A DNA stretch of 64,000 nt from Paramecium tetraurelia (lineage: Eukaryota). Both the position numbers and the translations under genes were made by a program. The notes beneath the pieces are model-generated. The model was not told where the DNA came from, ran no database searches, and worked only from the letters and a program-made list of their open reading frames with translations. The stretch spans positions 186,001-250,000 of the forward strand of contig CT868441.1 in the NCBI GenBank assembly GCA_000165425.1. Reading direction: 5' to 3'. Positions 39,001 through 52,541 of this stretch are shown here, one piece after another; positions within the stretch are counted from its first letter, which is position 1, and every line of letters starts with the position of its first letter.

Positions 39001-42000
39001 TTATTCTATAGATGTTTAAGATACAATAAAATGGCTAGTAAGATAGGACAAATTGCATCAAAAACGTTTGAATCTTACATTTATTTGACAGTTTTAATGT
39101 TAATGGTTATTTTCATATATGCATTGATAGGAATGGAAATGTATGCAGGTTAATTTAATTAATTAGATACTTTGGGATAGTTACATTCCTTTGATAATAT
39201 CTTGAAATCATTTATGACAATTTTCAATATTATGACAAATGATGATTGGTATGGAGTCTACGTGATGGGAGGCAATATTAATTATACATTTTCAGTCATT
39301 TATTCATATTCTATGGTCATCATACTAAATTATTGTACATATGGATTAGTTTTTGCTATATTGTTAGATGGATTTGGGAAGTATCTAGGGAATTAAGAGG
39401 AAGAAATTATGGAAAAAGACGAATTGTAAAATCAATAAATAAGTGCCAATTCTGAATAGCACGAAATTACATATGATGAAACTATTGCTAATACAAATTA
39501 ATTGCAATCCAAAACTCAGAAGATTAGTTTGATATCTCACTTACTTGTATCGATTAAATCATCTTATAAAAGTATTCAAACAAAGCATTAGTCTATTTAT
39601 GAAGGAATTGAATGTCAATAGTCACTTTATCTCTTCGATTAATCCAATATATTAAGAATTGTAATTACTAAATTAGTCATTAAAATCTATTATCAATATT
39701 TCATAGATTTTGTGATCTACAGTTCTATCATAATATTTATTATCAAGACATATAATGATTTCGAAACAAATTCATCCGATATGCCAGATAAATTGCAATT
39801 TATTGCAAATATTATTATATTGACTGATTTCATTTTAAATGTAATTGCTAAAGGCCTAGTTTTAGATGCTGGCTCATTTTTAACAAATACTTGGCAACTT
39901 ATAGATGTTATCTATATAATAGCAAATCTTATACAATATTAATTAAATAATCAAATTATAAAGGTTTTGTTATTTATGGGATACTTTCGACCAATGAAAT
40001 TAATGTACAGGATTAAGTGGTTATCATAATTAAGGGCAGCATTGGGCTAAGCTCTGTTGGACATCTTAAATGTATTTATTACTCTTTTATCTGTTTGGTT
40101 AATATTTGGTGTTTATGGTATCATATTTTATGAAAAGCAATTTGGATATTGCGAAGATAAAATGTCGTTTTATGTATCCTATGATGATTGCATTGAATCT
40201 AATAAAACATGGGTGAATTATAAACATAATTTTGACAATATCACAGTTGCAATTCCAACATTGTTCACAATATCAACTTTTGATGGATGGGGAGAGATTT
40301 TATAAGTAGCTGAGAATAGTTAAACTTCAAATACTGGACCGATTCCATTCAATAGTTATTTGTATACTTACTTGTATTTAATAATCTTTTGTTTTATTGG
40401 ATCTATGTTCTTTTTGAGTTTATTTACAGGGATTCTTTTCAATAGTTTGAAAGAAAACTAATTCAAAATGGAAAATAGCCAGTATACTCAAGTTTAAAGG
40501 GAATTTATGAAAATTACTAATATCTTGATGTCAGACTTTCCATTATATTCTGCACCTCCAAAGAGCAGAGTTAGAAAGGTTTCCAGTAAGGTTGTAAACA
40601 ACACCCATATTCAATATTTTATTTATGGTTGCTTAATATTAGATTTAATAATTTTATTACTATTCAATTCAGAAATGAGTGATAACTATTTTGACATTGC
40701 CAATTCTATGCATTATTCACTTACTATCTTATACTTAATTTGGATAATATTATTATTTTTGGCTTTAGGTGTCAATAGATATTTTGATAATTATTGGAGA
40801 AGGTTCTATCTATTCTTAGTTGTAATTGGATTAGTAGATCTAATAGCTAATTCTATAACAAATTGGACTCATCTATATTTCAGATCACATCCTGGGAATG
40901 ATTATTATCAATTATTCAGGTTGTTCTTCAGTCTTAGAAGTTTAAGAATTATCTTAATCTTTCAAGGTTTAATAAGTATCCAAAGATTACTCAGAGTGAT
41001 GGTATTTGCAATGCCTTATTTGGTGAAGATTTTTACAATCCTTATTATTACAATGGTCATTTTTGCCCTTTTTGGTTGTTAACTTTATGGTAGGATAGAT
41101 TCAGGATAAGTGATGGACGATATCATTAACTTTACTAATTTTGGGAATGCCATGTTAGCTTTATTTAAATGTGCTTCAGGTGATGATTGGAGAACAATAA
41201 TGACTGATACTATGTAGCATAATCCATTATGTCAGGAAGATGACAAATATTGTGGATCTGCTGCCAATTAATTATTTTTTATACTCTTTATGTTATTGTC
41301 CAATTATGTTCTATTAAATTTATTTGTTTTAGGATTGATAGAGTAATTTGAATAGTTTTTTCAAATGCAGAATTCACAAATTCAAACTTATGTTGAGAAC
41401 ATCGACAAAATCAAAAATATATGGTGCAAGTATTCTCAAGAAACTTAAGGTTTGTCTATGCATTTTAAATTCCTCTGTAAATTTTTAATTGATATTGGAT
41501 AACCTTTGGGAGTAGATAAGGATTCTAATTTATGGGATGCTTGTAAATTATCCTCATAACTTAAATTATAAAGGTATTGTGTAATTTATAGCTAGTGACA
41601 TCCATGGGTACATTCAATATAATTTCTTGATGTATGAATTATTTAGGAGATGCTTTTATAATGAAGTGTTTAAATCCGGAAGCCAAGAGTCTATTGAACA
41701 GATAAAGAAGTTTAATAAGGAGTCATAATTTAGATTAATGTATTATAGAAAAAATAAAAATCTACCTCGTTCCAATATTAGTCCTTCAGCTACAATTCAG
41801 CCTAACATCAATCTTCTTCACGATTATTTAAATGTTTTAATCTTATTTAAAACATGGGAATAATTCAGCTAATAACTAATTGAGAAGGTGAATTAGGATC
41901 AAGATTATTTTACTGATTAAAGTGTTACAATGCCTGGAAAAATACAAAATGAGTAAGAAACATCTCCCCTATTTTAGTTATCAGCAAAGCTAGAATCACA

Positions 42001-42209
42001 TTTTATAAAATAATTAGGAAAGTGAGTTGGAAAATGAAATTATTAGTAATGCATCTGTCAGCAGACATAGTGTATCCATTAACAGTCAGATTAATAGATA
42101 TAATGATTTACCTATCTACAAGGGTAGCTATGATACATCGTTGTAGAGTGAGAACAGAGATTTCCCCTATTTCATCAAAGTCAATAAGCAAAACGAATTG
42201 GATGAATGA
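36021..42209 (+). CDS. Four-domain Cav/Nav-superfamily cation channel alpha subunit, copy 1
   Basis: Four S1-S6 blocks with P-loops ITMDDW, MTNDDW, STFDGW and ASGDDW. S6 motifs GFNLVIAVL and LLNLFVLGLI, plus an EF-hand-like post-S6 region (IWCKY...IGQPLG). Confidence 0.9.
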
Positions 42210-42525
42210 TAATCATTTATTTGTTTTTAAGTAATCCTTTTAGAATATATTTATTCTAAAATATCATTAATTCTATTTGAATGTGCATCAAACTACTTAC
42301 AAGCAATACTGCCGATAAGCCATCATTAATAATTAAATATTTTGTTGAAAGGAATTATCATATTTTAAGAAACTTGTCTAAATATATCAAAAATATAATA
42401 AATATAAGATTTCTATAGCTTCCTCAGAATACATTTTATTAAAGGGGTTTTAATAAAATTTAAGGAGTATTAATACATTTTCTAAAATACTTTGGAACAT
42501 AATAATTTTTCACTATTTATATTAT

Positions 42526-45500
42526 ATGAATAATGAAGATTTGGAGCGAATAACATTCTCAAAGTAATTTCGATCTAATTACATAGTCAAACATCAATTT
42601 AAGGAACTGCTCATTTCAGGAGCAGACTTGGAAATGATAAATTTGAAAATATTAAATTGAACAAGCAATTAAAAAGTTAAAGCTTTAACACTTATGGAAG
42701 TGGTACACCGAAAGCAAGGAAGACAAAAAAAACTAAAACAAATATTATTTTAAGGAATGAAGAAAATGTATTTGGAAGCAGATTTGATAATGATAATTTA
42801 TCAAGAAAGGATATCTCTTCTGTTAAGATGACATTTGGTGCCAAATCTGATAAAGTTAAGTAGGACAGCACTAAATAGGTATTTGATGGTATGAGTTTAG
42901 ATAATTTAATAAATAAATGAAAAAGTATCGAAGCAGAAATACAAGTTTGCGTAGGAGAAAATGAAATGTAGAACTGAGAAGACCATCAACAATAGTGATA
43001 ATTAATTCTATAAGATGAACAAAAAGTACGAAAAAATTAAGCAAAGAATTGAATAAATTTATTTAGTTGATTTATATAAAATATATGGATATCAAAGGTT
43101 GAAATATGAATTGAATGTAATTTATTATTTAAATAGATTTATCAAGATAATTATAGTTTTTTGGAACTTAGAAAAATCATAGTCAAATTTATCTATGGAA
43201 TCCTAATTATTTTAAATCACATGCAAAGAACCATATTTTACAAAATATTTATGTCAATCGTAATATTGGTCAATCTAGTGATTTTTGTATCTAAAATCTT
43301 ATCCTTAGATGATGATAAGTTTGTAGTTTACGAAATAAGTATAATTATATAATGAAAATTAGTGGTAATTTATATCTACATTGTTGATTAATTATTCCGA
43401 ATAATCTCAAAAGGAATAATAGGGCACAAACATGCATATTTCAGAGTTGTTAAAAACTGGTTTGACTTAATTCTAACAGTCCTATAAATTAACACTACAT
43501 TAATTCGTAATATAGAATCCGTAGATTTTTCGCCATTAAGATTAATTACATTACTTTTGTATTTGGGAGATTTTGTACCAGGTATTTATACTTTCAAATT
43601 AGGGTTGAAAATCATGTTGAAATCCCTTGGTAAATCATTTAAATACCTGATCGAAGCTCTAATCATTGTGATTGTTTTTGGACTATTTTTTGCAACCCTC
43701 GGCTAGAGTCTTTTTCATGGTCTTATAAATTATCGTTGTCTACCAAGATAATATGATACTTTAGACAATTAACCCTGGATTTCATGTAGGATCACTTCCT
43801 GCCCTGATGATTTAGTTTGTCAATACGTTTAATCAGGACCAAATATTCCAACTTCTTTTAATAATATTTTTTCATCGTATGCTTAGGTCTTAAGAACAAT
43901 TACAATGGATGATTGGACTTGGGTTATGTATTTTACCCTCAAAAGCTATGGTACTTATATCTGGGTGTATTATCTATTGATCATCTTTTTTGGTGGTTTC
44001 TTTGGCTTTAATTTAGTCATTGCTGTTTTAAAAATTCATTACAGTTAGTAAACAAATCAAAAATTAAATCAACTTGAAGAAGATGATTAGCATCAATAAG
44101 AGGAGAAATTAAATTTGCAGGTCCTCAAACAAAATGGATTGTATCACCCTATTTTACAATATAAACTGTATTTGAAAGGGGACCACTAATTATTACATAA
44201 AAGTTTCTGTTCATTGGGCTCTAGTTTGTCAGAACAACCTCGTATACTATCAGGAAAACACTATTCAAAATATGATAACAATTATCAGTTTTTAAAGTAA
44301 TTTTCATTGAAGACTTTATTGCTACCTAAATTCTTGGATATTAGAAAATATTAGAATTTGCTTTAGGATTTGTATGACAATTTAATGGAGAAGCCTGATA
44401 TAAATATGCAGTGTTTGACTCATAACGAATTTACAAGATATTGGGCAAATGCAAAGAATGTGGGATACATTTCAAATAGTGCCTCTGATGTTATGCATAT
44501 TAAATCAGAAATCAGTTAGAAGATGTTAGCTTAGCAAAGAGTTTTGTAGTTTAGATATCATACTAAACCAAGAAATCATATGTAAAACTAAAAAGAGTTC
44601 AAAGTATTTCCCATATTTAAGAGCTCAAGACTAAAAGATAAAATTGCATCATTTGCTTCTAGCGGGATTACATTAATGGATATTCATCATCATCAATCTC
44701 GGGCCACTTCCCAATTACAAACTATGTCCATCCATCCTAATAATAATTTATTTGTTTCAACTTAAATTAAGAAGAATACGAATACATTTATTTTGCATAA
44801 AGAGAAAGAAATCTATGTCAAAATATATGGATTCTATCATAATTATAAAGCAGTCTCAGAGTTGATCAACAAGAAAATACAAATTAGAATTGCAGATGAG
44901 ATAAAAGATTATGAAGAGAAATATTTATAGATAAGAATGTCAGAAATGCAGACCGGAATTATTGAGTCCAAAAACTGTTCCATCTCTAGTGTTATTAATA
45001 ATTATGAACATAAAAATATTATAAAGCATTCGTTAAACCATGTTGACTATTTGATTTGGTTGTTGGGAATAAGAGGAAAAATTATAATTATTAGGAAGAT
45101 TACATTTATTATTATTACTAATAAATTTACCAATTTCTTTGTAGATTGTGTAATTTTAATAAACTTTTTATGCTTAAGTTTGATAGGCATTATATCTAAT
45201 CAATTTCTTACAGTTATAGAAGATTTCACAACAATAGTAGTTTCGCTCGAACTTGTTTTAAAGTTAATCTCTTTTTAAACATGTATTAATTATGTTTATG
45301 TTTATAATAGCAAGATTAATTTAAAAAGACTAACTAATTTTCGAATCTATTATCATTTTAATTAATTTCAGTGAAATGTCATTTAGACAGGTTTTGAACT
45401 AATAAGATATTATTGCTCGATTACTAAGAGGCACAAAAATTCTATTATTTCATAGATGTTTAAAATATATTAGAATGGCAGTGCTAATAGGTCTGATAGC

Positions 45501-48500
45501 AAAAAGAACATTTAAATAATATATCTATTTGACCTTTTTAATGTTTTTAATGATTCTTATTTATGGTTTATTGGGCATGGCTGTTTATGCAAGTAGCTTT
45601 GATGAAACAACTTTGCTTGGACATTTGCATTCCTATAAGGACCCTTTAAAGTCTTGGATGACTGTGTTTAATATTATGACAAATGATGATTGGTATGGTG
45701 TACTAGCATTAGGAACAAAAGCTAATTAAGTATTTGCATTTATCTACTCATTTTCAATGATTCATTTTTTAAATTACATTACTTATGGTTTGGTGATGGC
45801 CATATTATTGGATGGCTTTGGAGAGTATCTGATAGAGATTAAGAAAGATTAAGATATTAGGTTCAAGGATGGAGTGTCAGAGAAACATGATTCAGACTCT
45901 GACGCTGAAGAGAATGATAAAGAAAAGGAGAAAGCTACCAAATCACTTAAATAATTAGCTTAAAACCAATAAGTCTAGAAGGATACTTAATATTGGTATC
46001 TTTTAGAATCGATATGTAATATTTGATATAAACATTAATAGAATAATTAGTGAAATAGATAAAAACTAAGAGAAGAAAGATTTACTTAGGAATTAAGTGC
46101 AAGGAATCCTTATTTTGTTTTGACAAGTTTAATAAATAGAGAATACTCTGTGTAAAGACTATTAGATCGGAAATCTTCTATTGGAGCAGATTGGGATTAA
46201 ATATAGGATTTATCGTTTTGCTTGCAATATAAACATATCAAGTGGAGTATATGGTTATCGTTGACTCTTTGATTTTGATTACTAATCTATTAATAACCGT
46301 GTAGACAATTATGTTAATCATAGCATTGGGCTTAATTCATGAGAAAGGAACTTATATACAAGTATTGATAATTATATCTTTAGCATGTTTGGTAGATCAC
46401 AGACATAATGTATTTAGTATGTTATTATCTTTAATTGATTAATACTGAAAGTAGAATATTACATTTATTTTTGTATTTAAGATATTTAAGACCATTTAAA
46501 TTACTGTATTCGTTTAAACCAATAGTTAAATTGTATAATTCTTTAGTGGCTGCCTTATATAATATGAGTAATGTATTGATAACACTATTAATAATTTGGA
46601 CAATGTTTGCAGTCTATGGTATGATACTATATTAAAATAAATTTGGATTCTGTGATGACTTGATGTAGTTTGAAATCAATAAATAATAATGTGAAGATGA
46701 AGGCAGAAGATGGATTACTTATTAGCATAATTTTGATAATATCACCGTTGCTTTACCTACATTGTTTGTGATATCTACATTTGATGGTTGGGGAGAGATC
46801 TTACAAGTAGCTGAAAATTCAAGACCTTCATATTAAGGTCCATTTCCATTTGCAAATCAATTGCCCACTTATATCTATTTGACTCTGTTCTGCTTTATAG
46901 GTTCAATGTTTTTCTTAAGTTTATTTACTGGTTTATTGTTCCTAAATTTAAAAGCAAGTTAATAGAAAATAGAGTATGATGATTTAACAGTCTATCAATA
47001 AGAGTTCATACAGATCTCGCAAAAAATCCTGAGGGATTCTCCTTCATTTTCCTAGCCTCCCCGAAACATCATTAGAAGAATAGCTTAAAAATTAAATAGT
47101 AATTCCTATTTCTAATATTTATCATTTCTTATACTAATACTAGATACAATAATTTAAATGTCATTTTATTAGGATATGGATGTTGAGGTTGCATTAGAAT
47201 TGAACAAGTTCCATGAGATAATATCGGTCCTATTTACTTTTTGGGTCATAGTGTAACTATTAGATTATGGATTTAAGAGATTTATAGATGATTAATGGAG
47301 ATTATTCTATTCATTCATAGTTATAATTTCGATGTTTGAATTGATTGCTACTTAAAAATATGATCTATTTAAAATTCAATTTACATCAACAATGTTCACT
47401 GAGAATTACCAGATTATACGATTACTGTTTGCTTTAAGGAATCTTAGAATTCTGATATTATTTAAAGGATTTGATGATCTCTAGAGATTAATCAGAGTAA
47501 TGATTTTCTCATTTCCATTTTTGGGAAAGATATTATTTATTTTGATTGTAACTACACTATCATATGCTTTGTTAGGATGCTAACTATTTGGGCATATAGA
47601 TAAAGGAGTCATTATAGATTCTCAGATTAATTTTTCAACTTTTACAAGTTCTCTATTGACATTATTGAAGTGTGGATCTTGTGATAATTTTAGAAGTATA
47701 ATGACAGACACAATGATCCATAATATATACTGTTATGATGACCCTCGTTATTGTGGGTCATAATTTGCATAAATCTACTTCATTTCCTTTGTTTTCATAT
47801 CAAACTATGTGCTTTTAAATTTATTTGTCTTGGGATTGATAGAACAATTCGAGAAATTCTTCCAATCTGAGAATTCTATACTTTAAGTATACATTGAATC
47901 AATTGATAAAATAAAAACTGTTTGGTGTAAATATTCATATCAAAGACATGGAAAAGCAATGCACTACTTATAGATTTGCAAGTTTCTGTTAGAAATTGGC
48001 TAGCCTTTCACTCATGTCAAAGATAACATTTGGGATGCAGCAAGATTGGCTGGATACTTAAAAATCAGGACTGATGATCAAGGCTATATCTAATTTAATT
48101 CTTTAATTTATGAAATATTCAGAAGAACCTTCAAATAATAAGTGTTTAAATAGGGTTCTGAAGATTCCATTAAGATCATTAAAAAGTTCAATAAGGAGAT
48201 GCAAATGAGACTCTTTTATTTTAGAAGAGACAAGTTGCAAAAACGATCTTTTATTGCCACATATGTGGAATTCAACAGTAATTTTAGTATTGCCAGTGAC
48301 TATCTATCGATTTTGGTCATTTTCAAAGCTTGGTAAAACTATACTAAATAATTAATTAAAAGATCAAAACTCGAATAAGAGGATTTTTCTGATAATTCTT
48401 CTTTTGGACAAGAAGTATAGTAATTTATTTTATTTATCACATTAGAGATATTGACATATTCTCAAGAGTAGACGAGGAAGAAGAACAAAGTAAGGAAAAT

Positions 48501-48896
48501 CTAACTAGAAAGATCCCCTCGAATCCAATTAAATCTAATCAATGTTTAACATTTGAGAGTGATAACAACCTCAATTTTAAATAACTGGATTTACCTGTTT
48601 ACAATGATAACGAACATTATTTAACTCCAAAAAGAGATGTTTCCAAAATGACTTCTAATCTGCTTCAATAATTGCAAAAACGAACCATCATTAAACCTAA
48701 AAAAGATTCCACTACTCCCTCTTCTATAATCAAATAACCTACAAAGTTAGCAAGATATCCAGCTGACATAATATTTAATCCACAAAGCAATCAAAGTAAT
48801 TTCAACTAAAGTGCGAATAACTCTTTTAGATCATTTATATCGCATACAGAATCATCATTATCTTCAATTGATGGAATACCTGGGATGATAATCTGA
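42526..48896 (+). CDS. Four-domain Cav/Nav-superfamily cation channel alpha subunit, copy 2 (tandem paralogue)
   Basis: P-loops ITMDDW, MTNDDW, STFDGW and GSCDNF; shares blocks with copy 1, such as HNFDNITVA.PTLF..STFDGWGEILQVAENS. Confidence 0.9.
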
Positions 48897-48932
48897 TTAT
48901 ATTCCTATATTTATTTATGATTAATAATTAAA

Positions 48933-50170
48933 ATGAAATAGAGATTAGTAACTTAAACTGATGAAGGATCTCAAGAAAATCCAATTCAAAAGTCCAATTC
49001 ACTATAAACCCAATTTTAAATAATCTAAGTTGTAGGCAACGGAACATTTGGTATGGTTTATTTGGTAATTAACTGAATAATTTCATATATAGGCTCTTGA
49101 TACAAAAACTAATGAAAAAGTTGCTATAAAGAAAGTATTTCAAGATAGACGGTATAAAAATAGAGAACATCTCATAATATAAGAATTAAATCATCCTTGT
49201 ATTGTCAAATTAAGATAGGCATTCTTCACATAGGGAGACAATTCTAAAAATGTAATTTATAAAATAAGGAGTTTAGGCAGACGATATATTTCTGAACTTA
49301 GTCATGGACTACATTCCTGAAACTTTAAGCAAATTCATTCGAAATTACAAAAAGAATAAAAACCCATTTCCTAATGTTTTACTTAAAATTTACAGTTATT
49401 AAATGTTAAGAGCATTAGCATATTTATAAGGTAATCTAAATAACTAAGAAATTAGGAATTGGAATCTGTCATCGAGATATTAAACCTTAAAATATTTTGG
49501 TTAATCCTAATAATCACGTATTAAAAATATGTGATTTTGGATCTGCAAAACGATTAGTCCCTGGAGAACCAAATGTTGCTTATATTTGCTCTAGATATTA
49601 TAGAGCTCCTGAATTGATATTTGGAGCAACCGAATACACGACCTCTATTGATATATGGTCTATAGGTATTTATTAATGAATAACTTTAGGATGCGTCATT
49701 GTTGAAATGCTTACTGGTGAACCACTCTTTCCAGGAGAGTCAGCTACTGATCAACTGGTTGAGATAATCAAAATATTGGGTACTCCTACAATTGAATAAA
49801 TTAAAAAAATGAATCCTCAGCATTAAGAATTTAAATTCCCTTAGATTAAATGTCATCCATGGGCTAAAGTAATTTACTAAAATATTTAAGGTGTTTGCTA
49901 AATTTAAACCAGAACCTTTATTTGTTGATTTTGTTAGTAAATTACTTGTGTACCCTCCAAAGGAAAGATTGAAACCTCTGGAAGCCTTACTTCATCCATA
50001 TTTTGATGAAATTAGACAATAAGGATTTTCAATGCCAAATGTGCAATTGCCTAATTTCTTTGATTTCCAAAAAGGTAAATGATGATAGTAATATCGTAAT
50101 AGAGGAACTTTAGATTCAACCTGAAATTGCTCATAAATTAATTCCCTCTTGGTTTAAGCAAAAATAGTGA
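48933..50170 (+). CDS. GSK3: Glycogen synthase kinase 3 / shaggy-like kinase
   Basis: [73 protein letters not shown]. Confidence 0.95.
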
Positions 50171-50402
50171 TTTTTTAATACATATTTTAATTCTATTCTA
50201 AATATATCAAAAATTTATGAAAATACAAATTCAAACCAATTTTCATTTCTCAAAGTGACAAATTCATTTTATGTACACCAGTTATTATCAATCTGTTACT
50301 ACAGTTGCATAAATTGTAACAATAACTTCTAAATATATTAAAATTTTGGGGAATCTTAAGATGTGTAATTTCATCTCAATAATTTAACATTATAATAATA
50401 AA

Positions 50403-52506
50403 TCAATTAATCTTTGTGAAAAATTTATTTAATTGAGGAACATCTTGTCTTCTTAATTGTTTCAATCCTAGAATCTTATCTAAATCAGTAGGGGCTGATT
50501 CATATTTCTTAGCATAATCAGGGAAATTCTCAACAAATTTTTCAATACTCATTTGAATCAGCTTTAAAATGGAATCACTCCTTGATAATGTCTTCTAAAC
50601 AAAATTATTGAATGATTATTATGATTTGGATTCTTACTTTAATTTTGAAATTCTAACTAAATTTGTTTTCAATTCTGAAACATCCAACATCAATTAGGAT
50701 AATCCAATCTAAAATTGAATATAATTGATAATATACTTCACTAATTTTTTTAATTCTGAATACTGAATTTATAAACTTATTGTTTAGATATACAACAAGT
50801 TTGTTCAAATAAAATATGAGATAGGACTCTGATAGTAGATCTTTTATTGTTTTGATGTGTCCTTCCAGAAAGGAAATGGTGTCTCTAATATATTTAGACG
50901 CATCTCCCATATTTTCGAATTCATTCCAGTCGATCTTTAGCATTTATTGATAAAACTAATCTATTTTAGAATCAACATAAACTAATAAAGTTTCAATTGA
51001 TTTGTTCATCATCTAATTGAAATATTCCTCTTCGTTTGATAATTCAACTTGATCAGAAAAAGGGGAATCCAAATGTTAGACCAAACTCTCCTGTAATGCT
51101 GGAATAGTCTCTTTGCAATATTCTGCAGTATTAATCACAAAACAACATAAGATCTATGAGAGTTGTTCATTATTTCTGGATTAATTAATTTTGAATATAA
51201 TTTCATCAGAATATCTCTTTAAAGCCTTCTTTATTAATTTTTAAATATCAAACATAACCTAGGTTCTACTGTATTGTGAAGCTCTTTTGAGCATTTATTT
51301 AAAGTAGGCAAACATACTCATAGACGAATTCAAAATTTTTAAGTCCCCTTCAACATCCAATTTATCTGAGTTTAAGATTGTTTAGATGTGTTGCATAATC
51401 TCTCTCTCTTCACTATCTATGTAGGGTCTTAGGTAGGGTTCAAAACTGTCAGAAATAGCTCCTTTAATTTTGGGTAATTCTGAAATGGCAAATTGATTAA
51501 TATTCTTTTTGCCAAGCCATTCTTCATATCTTTTCTTCATTTCATCATTAAGTTTCTACTCAAATTTTAGAGTTGCTTGTAATGCTTTCATCAAAACAGC
51601 AACATCCAAATCTTTAAGAGTTTCCAAGATGTCAGTTATTTGGAGTCTAGTTACTGCACAAAATTCATAATAAATCTGACAATGTACTGCCCAATATTCT
51701 GGAAATACATTTTATGTTTTTGTATCAAAATCTTTAATGACTCTAGCCATCCAAGCATATCTTCTTTCTGTAGTTTCTAAACTTCTGTTTTCTATTTATT
51801 AAAATAATTCTTAATAAGGAGATATTATGTATTTGCATACTTTTTGAATCAACTCATCTCTGAATTTCAATCCCAAATGTTCAACTGTTTGACATGCGTC
51901 TTATAAATCTTTGACTTGCATTAAATTTGTGCCTTTTTAGAACAAGATGAAATCATCTATCAACTAGAGTTTTAGGTCCTTTATCAATTGTTCTTTTTCT
52001 CCATTTATTTCTAAAATTTATGGAATATTTTAAAATTTAACAAAGTATTATGATAATTCTGTGAATGCAGATAGAAGATTGGCTACTTCTGCATACTTTT
52101 TTTCTTTACAATGTTCTTTCAATTTCTCAATTGCTGTTAACATCATAATAAATTTTTTCAGAGCTGCAATTGAAAATGTTAGATTTCTTTTTGCAATGTC
52201 TAATGATTTTATGTCTTTGCACATTGAGTAAACTAAGTCTTCACTTTTTTCTGCTTTTTATTTGATCTCTTGAATTTCTGCAACAATTCCTTAGGAGAGT
52301 TATTCAACATCTTGGACATCTCTCCATATTTTATTTTACATGACTGCATGTTCATGGATGTCTTCTTATAATTCAGGATTAGAGTTGAGTAAGTTCAGAT
52401 TGGAGCTTCTCAATTTCAGTATCTATGCCCACGAGTGATTATTCGTTGGGAAAGAGTGTATTAATATGGCTTAATACAATCAAAATTAGCAGAAATACGG
52501 ATTCAT
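50403..52506 (-). CDS. VPS53: VPS53 (GARP/EARP subunit); the 5' end carries an apparent frameshift in this sequence
   Basis: INTLFPNEQSL, IKQKAEKSEDLV..MCKDIKSLDIAKRNLTFSIAALK, ERRYAW, FPEYWAV, INTAEYC, VGDASKY-like MGDASKY. Confidence 0.85.
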
Positions 52507-52541
52507 ACTTCAAATATTTTTAATTAAAAGAATTAAAAGAT

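Noticed and set aside
42433..42459. 11-bp inverted repeat attttattaaa / tttaataaaat between the channel genes
   Set aside because: An all-A/T stem is expected by chance in such AT-rich DNA.
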